NCBI GenBank assembly: GCA_964016885.1
Contig: OZ024740.1
Span: 413,664,001 to 413,728,000, forward strand
DNA from: Eledone cirrhosa
Taxonomy: Eukaryota
Direction of reading: 5' to 3'
DNA: 64,000 nucleotides
The number at the start of each line of letters is the position of its first letter. The stretch's first letter is position 1. Shown in pieces: positions 56,901 through 64,000 of the stretch. The notes below the pieces were generated by a model, which saw only the letters and a program-made list of their open reading frames with translations, made no database searches and had not been told where the DNA came from. The translations under genes were made by a program, and so were the position numbers.

Positions 56901-59766
56901 AACTAGTTAAGCGGGCGTTGACGGGGGCCATCGTCAACAACAAGTGGTGGTTTGCTCTGAAAAGAGCGATTAGAATAGAGTCCATTAGGTTTAGTAAGGC
57001 TTTAGCAATAGAGAAAAATAGAGCAGAGGGAGAATTAGTTAGAAAATTAGACGAGGCGCTTAGCAAAGGCATCGCGACCGACATACTTGCGGCGAAATTG
57101 GCCCTTGACCAATTCTTCAATGCAAAGCACGAAGGCTGCGTTGTCAGAGCTAGGGTGCGTGCTCTCAGACACGAGGGGACGAAAGCCGTTCAGTTGGCCC
57201 GAGTGGCGGAGGCGCGTCGTGGCATCAAAGCCACGATCTGGTCTTTGGTGGACCACGACGGGTGCACGCTACTCGATCCCGGGCAAATGTGTGAAGCTTT
57301 TCAGCGACACTTCGCACAGCTGTTCCGCGGCAGCGGCGGGCCGGATCGAGGGATGGACTTTAGTGTCTTCCTCGACGGGCTGCCGCGGCTCTCGGCCACT
57401 GAGGCGGAGTGTTGCGAAAAGCCGATAACAGCCGCTGAAGTACGGGAGGCAATGACTGGCTGCACAAGAGGTAAATCGCCTGGTTTGGATGGTCTGCCCT
57501 ATGAAATTTATGTAAAGATGCCAGACTTGTTCCGAGGCCTCTTGGCGTTCGTGTACTGCAACTGGCAACAGAACGGGAGAATTCCCAGCTCTGTAAGCCG
57601 AGGAGTTGTGGCGCTGCTGAGAAAGGATCCGAACAAGGGGGATAACATAGATAATCTCAGACTCATAACTCTGCTAAACACAGAGTTCAAGATTTTGGCC
57701 AAGGTGCTAGCAAAGAGGATGGCGCTTGTCGTTGGTGGTCTGGTGGGAGAGGCGCAGACATGCGCCATTCCTGACAGGTCCATCCACGACAACCTCCACC
57801 TCATGCGATACATCATAGAGAGGGTAGCTAGGGAACCTGGCACGGGTGGGTCCTTCATCAATTTAGATCAGTCGAAAGCTTTCGATAGGGTCGACCATCG
57901 TTACCTGGCGGCAGTCCTGAGGGCGTCTGGCTTTGGCCCATCTTCAGAGGCTGGATCGCTGCCATGCACAGCAACATCTGCTCTGTGGTGAGAGTGAACA
58001 GTCAACTTTCGGAACCGTTCAACATCATTCGCTCGGTCCGCCAAGGATGTCCCCTCTCGTCCCTCTTGTAAGTATTGACTCTCGAGCCATTACTGCACAA
58101 ATTGGAGACGTTGGGGGGGGGGGGGGATTCTCGCGCAAACTAGGATGCGGAAGATCCGTGTCAGCATATGCGGACGATGTCACCGTAGTGGTGTCGAACG
58201 TCAAACACATCGAGGCAATCGGCACTACATTAAGAGAATACGAAGCAGTGACAGGTGCAATGCTCAACCAGGAAAAGTCAGTGGGCTTGCAGCTCGGCAC
58301 CTGGAGAGGCAGGTCCATGCCGTCCAACAGCGTCGTCGGGCGCTGGACAGATGGAGCGGTCAAATTTCTAGGGTTCTGGTTCGGTCCGGACCTCCAGACA
58401 GACAAATACTGGAACGAGGTGACGAGCAGGGTGGCTCTCTCACCCAGAAATGGGCGGAGAAGAAGCTATCCCTGAAAGGTCGAGCGGAGGTGGCTACATC
58501 GCGTCCGTCATCTACAATCGCCTGACCGTCGTACCTTGTCCTAAGCCCCGCCTGACTACGCTGGAGCGTTTGCTCTTTCGCTTTTTGTGGAAGGGACGCG
58601 CTCCGATGGTCAGGCGGTCCATCTGCTGTCAACACCCGCTACGTGGAGGGCTGGGCATGCCGTGGCTGATGATGCGCAGACACGCGCTCAGGCTACATCT
58701 CCACCTCTTCCTCGACGGTGATCAGGTGTGGTCGCCGTTTGCTAGACACGTCTTTCCTCAGCTCGTCTCCTTGACGGAGGTGTAGTACTGGGTCAAGCGA
58801 AGACCGAGAGGGAGCGCTTGGAGACTGGAATGTCTTCAGGCGCTCACAACCCTCGACCAATCGGCAATGTGATCGGTGGAAACTCCACCTTGGCGTTCTA
58901 TAGACGATTAGTGGAGGGGAAAAGCGACGACGTACTTGGAGAAACTCTAGGCGTCGACGAAAATCAACTAGCCAATCTCTTCGGAAGGACTTTCGGGCCG
59001 GGGCCTATGGACAACTTCCAGAAATCCCTGGCCTTGCAGTGCTACCGAGGAGCTTTGCCAGTTCGGGATAAACTCTACAGGCATGGAGGTGCCGTCAGCC
59101 GGGCATGTCCGAGATGCACGCAGGGCGACGAAATCGTCCTGCACGCACTCGTCCAGTGTCCGAGCATTGCTGACTTGTGGGTTTATGTCGAACACCTGCT
59201 GTCACGTGTAGGACGGATCCAGCTATCATCTGAGTCCATCGTGAGGATTGCCCCGCCCTCTTCCTTTAGCCGGGAAGGGCAGGCAGTTTGTATCTGTCTG
59301 GTGGCCATGGCGAAAGAGATAGTATGGTGGACACGTTTGAAAGGGCTGAAGACGAGCACTTACCTCTTCGGTGATGCCCTGAATAACTTTTTCAAATTTC
59401 ATTTGAAAAGGAAAATCAGGGTAGAGAGGGAAGTGCTCTCTTCCCAGCATTTTATTGAAAGATGGGTGAGAGAAACAAGTATGGCCCGAGTGAATGGGCC
59501 TACTCTGAGTATGTGTCTGTAAATTAAAGGTGGAAAACTGGGAGAGGGTACTTGCCCTGGTGGTCAGAGTCACTGTGGCCTTTTAATGGGCTTTCTCCAC
59601 AAATATGCCTCGGAAGTCTCCCCCCTATTGGGGAATTTTTCATTGTTATTTTTATTACATCCTCTGTTTTTTTACACGCAGAAATGCCCATTTGTACCGT
59701 CCTGTATTGTCCTGTACTGTCCTTAATGTCTACTTTATGTAAACCCTTGTGGTTAATGAAGAAAGC
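53926..59766 (+). mobile_element. Tx1/L1-clade element, family D, full length, decayed
   Basis: ORF1 ~54141..56073 (CVVCGEGTHLRVFC), ORF2 56108..59522 with several frameshifts and stops; (ATT)n on both sides; 3' UTR related to family C. Confidence 0.93.
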
Positions 59767-60074
59767 ATTATTATTATTATTATTATTTTTCATTTTTTTA
59801 TTTTAAATTTTGCTGTCTTGTATCGCTGTCAACTTAATAATATTTTTTTCTTTTTTTTCTTTTCTTAATCCTTATTTTTTATGTTACGGCCTATTATGAT
59901 TATTTATTCTTATTTGTGTGTGTGTGCATATGTATCCTTTTATATGTGAGTACGTATGCATGTGTGTGTGTATATATATATATGTGTGTGTGTATATATA
60001 TATATGTGTGTATGTGTGTGTGTGTGTATGTATGTATGTGTATATATATGTATATATGTATATATATGTATATA

Positions 60075-60137
<63 letters not shown>

Positions 60138-60408
60138 TTTGGTGTATTTATGTATGGATATATATATATGTGTGTGTGTGTGTGTATGTGCCACTTCGTA
60201 TATTTGTGTGTATGTGTGCGTGTATATATTTATATATATGTATATATGTGTGTTTATGTGAGTGTGTGTGCGTGTGTGTGTCTGTGTACGTGTGTGTTGT
60301 TATATATTCTTCTTTATTATCCCCCCCCCCCTTTTTCCTCTAGCCTCGCTTTCATATCTGATATATTTTTGTTTTTCAAATCCACTGTCAGTAAAGACAC
60401 TGGGATTT

Positions 60409-60468
60409 TTTCATTCTGATGAATGAAAGCAATTTTGGTTGCTTTCAAGAAACCACTGGTAAATGAAA
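60409..60468 (+). ncRNA. Type I hammerhead ribozyme, canonical core
   Basis: UUUCAUU-CUGAUGA-A-UGAAAGCAAU(UUUG)GUUGCUUUCA-A-GAAACC(ACU)GGUA-AAUGAAA; 7-bp stem I, 10-bp stem II, 3-bp stem III. Confidence 0.85.
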
Positions 60469-60494
60469 TAATTATCTTATTTTTGTTTATTACA

Positions 60495-60613
<119 letters not shown>

Positions 60614-60678
60614 AGTGGTAGAACACTGGAAGGTAATATCCGTAGTGGTAGATCACTCCGTCCATGGGACGAGTTAGG

Positions 60679-60822
60679 TAGAAGTGGTTACACAACAGTT
60701 AGTTCACCATACCGAGAACAATTGTTTCACCTTAGCGGATCCTCAGCTCGTATTACGAGCAGAGGATCCGGCAAGGTGAAACAATTGTTCTCGGTATGGT
60801 GAACTAACTGTTGTGTAACCAC

Positions 60823-60827
<5 letters not shown>
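60679..60827. repeat. Near-perfect 149-bp palindrome with back-to-back HHRs
   Basis: Arms of ~73 bp; HHR 60713..60750 (-) core CUGAGGA, 60756..60793 (+) core CAGAGGA. Confidence 0.9.
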
Positions 60828-60907
<80 letters not shown>

Positions 60908-61029
60908 ATATATATATATATATTGTATATATATATATCTGTTTCTCTCTCTCGAACGCACACATATAAATATATACCCACGTGCATTCAGAAACACATA
61001 CCCACCCACCCCCCTATATATATATATAT

Positions 61030-61545
61030 TGGTTTTAGTCATGACAATGTTCTTGAACTTATGAGCCATAAAAGGGGCCATGGCCTCGATAGCTTTAGGA
61101 AACAACGTATAGCTGTATTCAAAAGCCTGAGGTTTAAAATTACCTTAACTACCAATCTTACAAGTGTTGAATTCCTAGCCATCACCTTCGATCTAATACA
61201 TACATATAAACTTTACCACAAATACATCCTGCAGCTTAGATACATCAACAGAAGATCCTGTCACGCACCCATAGACTTCGAGAATGTAATTGCTATCATA
61301 AATTATAGAATCTCTATCGATTCTTCAAATAAGGATTGTTAGAACAGCCTCCTACTACAATAACACCTTGGCTAAAAACAACATTAAAGAAACAATCATA
61401 TACTCCGACCGACACACTCGGTTTAGAAATAAAAGAAATAGAACTAAAATGAGTATATGGCTTACACCCCACTTTTCACTAAATGTTAAGGTCAATGTAG
61501 GAAAACATCTTTAGTAGGAAGATTCTTAGCAGACATATTGTTAAA
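61030..61545 (+). mobile_element. Degenerate PLE RT fragment
   Basis: VEFLAITFDL...YKLYHK...LRYINRRSCH and IWLTPHFSLNVKVNVGK. Confidence 0.7.
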
Positions 61546-62504
61546 TACCATACGTTTATTGAGGTGTGACGCGCGTTTCGCGTTTGATTAGCTCAAGGCT
61601 CGATCTCTATCGATCTAGCCCGACCCTGGAATCGTATATATATATATATATGCGCGTGTGTGTGTGTGTATGTGAGTGTGTGTGTGCGTGTGTGTGTGTG
61701 TGCTTCTATGTATGTGCGCATGTATGTTTGCATATAAGCATGGATGGATGAGTTGTATACTAGTAAATATACTGTTATATCAAACATCAAACGTAGACAA
61801 AACTTTCAATATATACATTAATTAATTTTCTAATGATGTTAGTAAATTATAGTTGTATTTTGTGTATTTGAATCAGCTTACTTTAAACCAGCTGCAGCCA
61901 AACATTTAAAATCTACCCTAATGAAATGAAATTACTAGTATTCTTTGATGCTATTGATAAACCCATTGCACAAGAATCTGTAAGCCAGATATATGATGAG
62001 CATTCTTCAATGAATACACAACACTCTCATGTATTTCAACTAGAATGTATTCTTTCCTGGAGTATTGTTGAAGCAAATACCTGACGTGCATGGAATCGAT
62101 TCACAACCTATATATAAAATAATCAATTTTGTTACTACATCAAATATCTTATCACAGCTACTTTTTCTCACTCAGAACACACTTAGAAAACTGCATCTTG
62201 TTAAAATAACTTTCACTACTTCAGAATAATATACACTTTAAATGTTCGTGTAAATATTAATAAGTCATATATAATATCATCTGAAGCATAACGGTTCGAA
62301 AACTGTCTCGTTAAAAGAAAATTATTTACTTTTCTAAAATACTAAAACATTAAGTATTTATACAAGTATTAGTAATACATTTATAATATATTTATAGCAA
62401 CATTATTCTTGAAGAATGAATTAATTTGCTACATATTACTGTCTGATACGAGTTCCTGATAACAGTTCCTACTCCATAACTATTGCCTATGTATATATAT
62501 ATAT

Positions 62505-62595
<91 letters not shown>

Positions 62596-62640
62596 CGAAA
62601 CATAAGTCAATTGCATGAACTCATAATCCTATATTTACTG

Positions 62641-62691
62641 CTATATATATTTCGATGATAGCCATTCAAAGGCTATGACCTCATCAGTTAG
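62641..62691 (-). ncRNA. Minimal HHR, core intact, stem I eroded
   Basis: CUGAUGA-GGUCAUAGCC(UUUGAAU)GGCUAUCAUC-GAAA-UAUA-UA. Confidence 0.55.
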
Positions 62692-62774
62692 TTAGTCAAT
62701 TCTTAGATATGCAAACGCTGTGTTTATAGTGTTGATAGTTTTAGAGCCTTGGGACATATGTATATACATATATA

Positions 62775-63096
62775 TTGGGAGGGTCATATGAACACATGTA
62801 CCTGATGAATTTCGCTTCAATTTCCGGTTGGCTGATTGGTTTGATAACCAGATGATTGTTTTTATATTGTCAAAGCTGTTTCGTCACACAATCTGTGACC
62901 TCTACAGTGACTAGAGTTTCATTTTGTGTCTCTCCTTTGTTCTGTCCTACTCCATCTTGATTTTGTGCGTTGTGTGTTGTGTGCTTAGTTTGCATATGCG
63001 TAACTCCGGGTATGTGTGTGTATTCTTATTTATTTATGTGTTTATTTACTTGTTACTAGCTGGTTGTTTGTTTTATTTGTCTGAGTTGAAAACGAA

Positions 63097-63097
<1 letters not shown>
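62775..63097 (-). mobile_element. Diverged solo pLTR of the 20305..22182 PLE family
   Basis: ttgggagggtcat...tttcgtcacaca atctgtgacc...; HHR core mutated to CTGTAGA. Confidence 0.75.
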
Positions 63098-63160
<63 letters not shown>

Positions 63161-64000
63161 TAATAAAAATATTGAATAAAAACAAAGAAATAGTTCCTTA
63201 TATTAAAAAATTCATCATTTTACGATCGTTTCTATGATATATATGTGTGAGTTGGTATGTATATCATATGTAAAATTTTTACAAACGATCAGAGGGAATA
63301 TACATACCTACACATATATATGCTGTCTTCAGAAATAATGATATTTGTTTATTGAAAAAAACCAACAAAGATTTAATATAATAGGTCTGTTTGGGAACAG
63401 GTTTTGAATTGACCAATAGAAAGGTAGTAAGTGGTCAAGATGGTAGAATAGTAGTAATGGAACTTTAATTTAGGGGTAGAGGAAGGCAGATTTCAGTTTT
63501 GAATGGAAAGAGTATAATGAATGAAAAGATTATTTTGGGGATGAAAATAGGTCAAGTCGGTAAATGGTACACGAAAATTTGAAGTTATAAAAGAATAATG
63601 CTAATGTAAATATCTAAGGAAAATAAAATTTTACGATAAATGTGTTAGTGAAAAATATCAATCTTATTTAAAACATAAGGAATTTACATCTATAAAAAGA
63701 AAATAAATTAATTAAATTGATAGGTATATTTATATTGATAAATTTATATTAATTCATATAGATATGATAAATAAGAGTTAGATGTAATTGAAGAATGCTG
63801 TTAAAAACGAAGGGAAAATAAAAAAAAAATTATTATTATTATTATTATTATTATTGGGAGGGGGGGGGGTAAATTTATTAGTGAGAAATAACAAATTTAT
63901 ATAGATTATAAGGAATATAGATTCATAACCTGAAATTAAAATAGTTTATATGTATACTTATTGGTATAAATTTTAGGAAAAGATAGCTGTAAAAGGGAAA

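Noticed and set aside
32149-59766. One giant inverted segmental duplication
   Set aside because: Element order and identity differ between the halves (C then B versus B then D, and C and D are distinct families), so independent insertions fit better
61563-61600. Minus-strand GAAACGCGCGTC-ACAC hammerhead half
   Set aside because: Stem III and GUC are present but no CUGANGA or stem I partner upstream

Overview
AT-rich, microsatellite-saturated eukaryotic (animal) repeat region; the SINE and RTE motifs resemble those of Octopus, which is an inference. I find no host protein-coding gene. Contents: (i) five decayed Tx1/L1-clade non-LTR retrotransposon copies (four families), four of them as two divergent head-to-tail pairs at (ATT)n sites; (ii) one near-intact RTE LINE with a PHD-like finger inside the RT, plus an RTE fragment; (iii) a Penelope-like element (PLE; RT + GIY-YIG) with an inverted pseudo-LTR, plus PLE fragments; (iv) a Helitron-like element, a mariner relic and tRNA-derived SINEs. 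The main signal is non-coding: about 20 type I hammerhead ribozyme (HHR) motifs. They include two related retrozyme-like tandem arrays (422-bp and ~480-bp monomers, one HHR per monomer, a stem I wobble flip between families, and a shared ATGCAAAT octamer). These are inserted into (TA)n with an inverted 5' segment, and several foldback elements carry an HHR motif in each arm. A GTAAGT splice-donor/U1 motif recurs at the ORF1/ORF2 junction of all Tx1 copies, in three different reading frames. All coordinates and base-pairings were read by eye; no searches were run.
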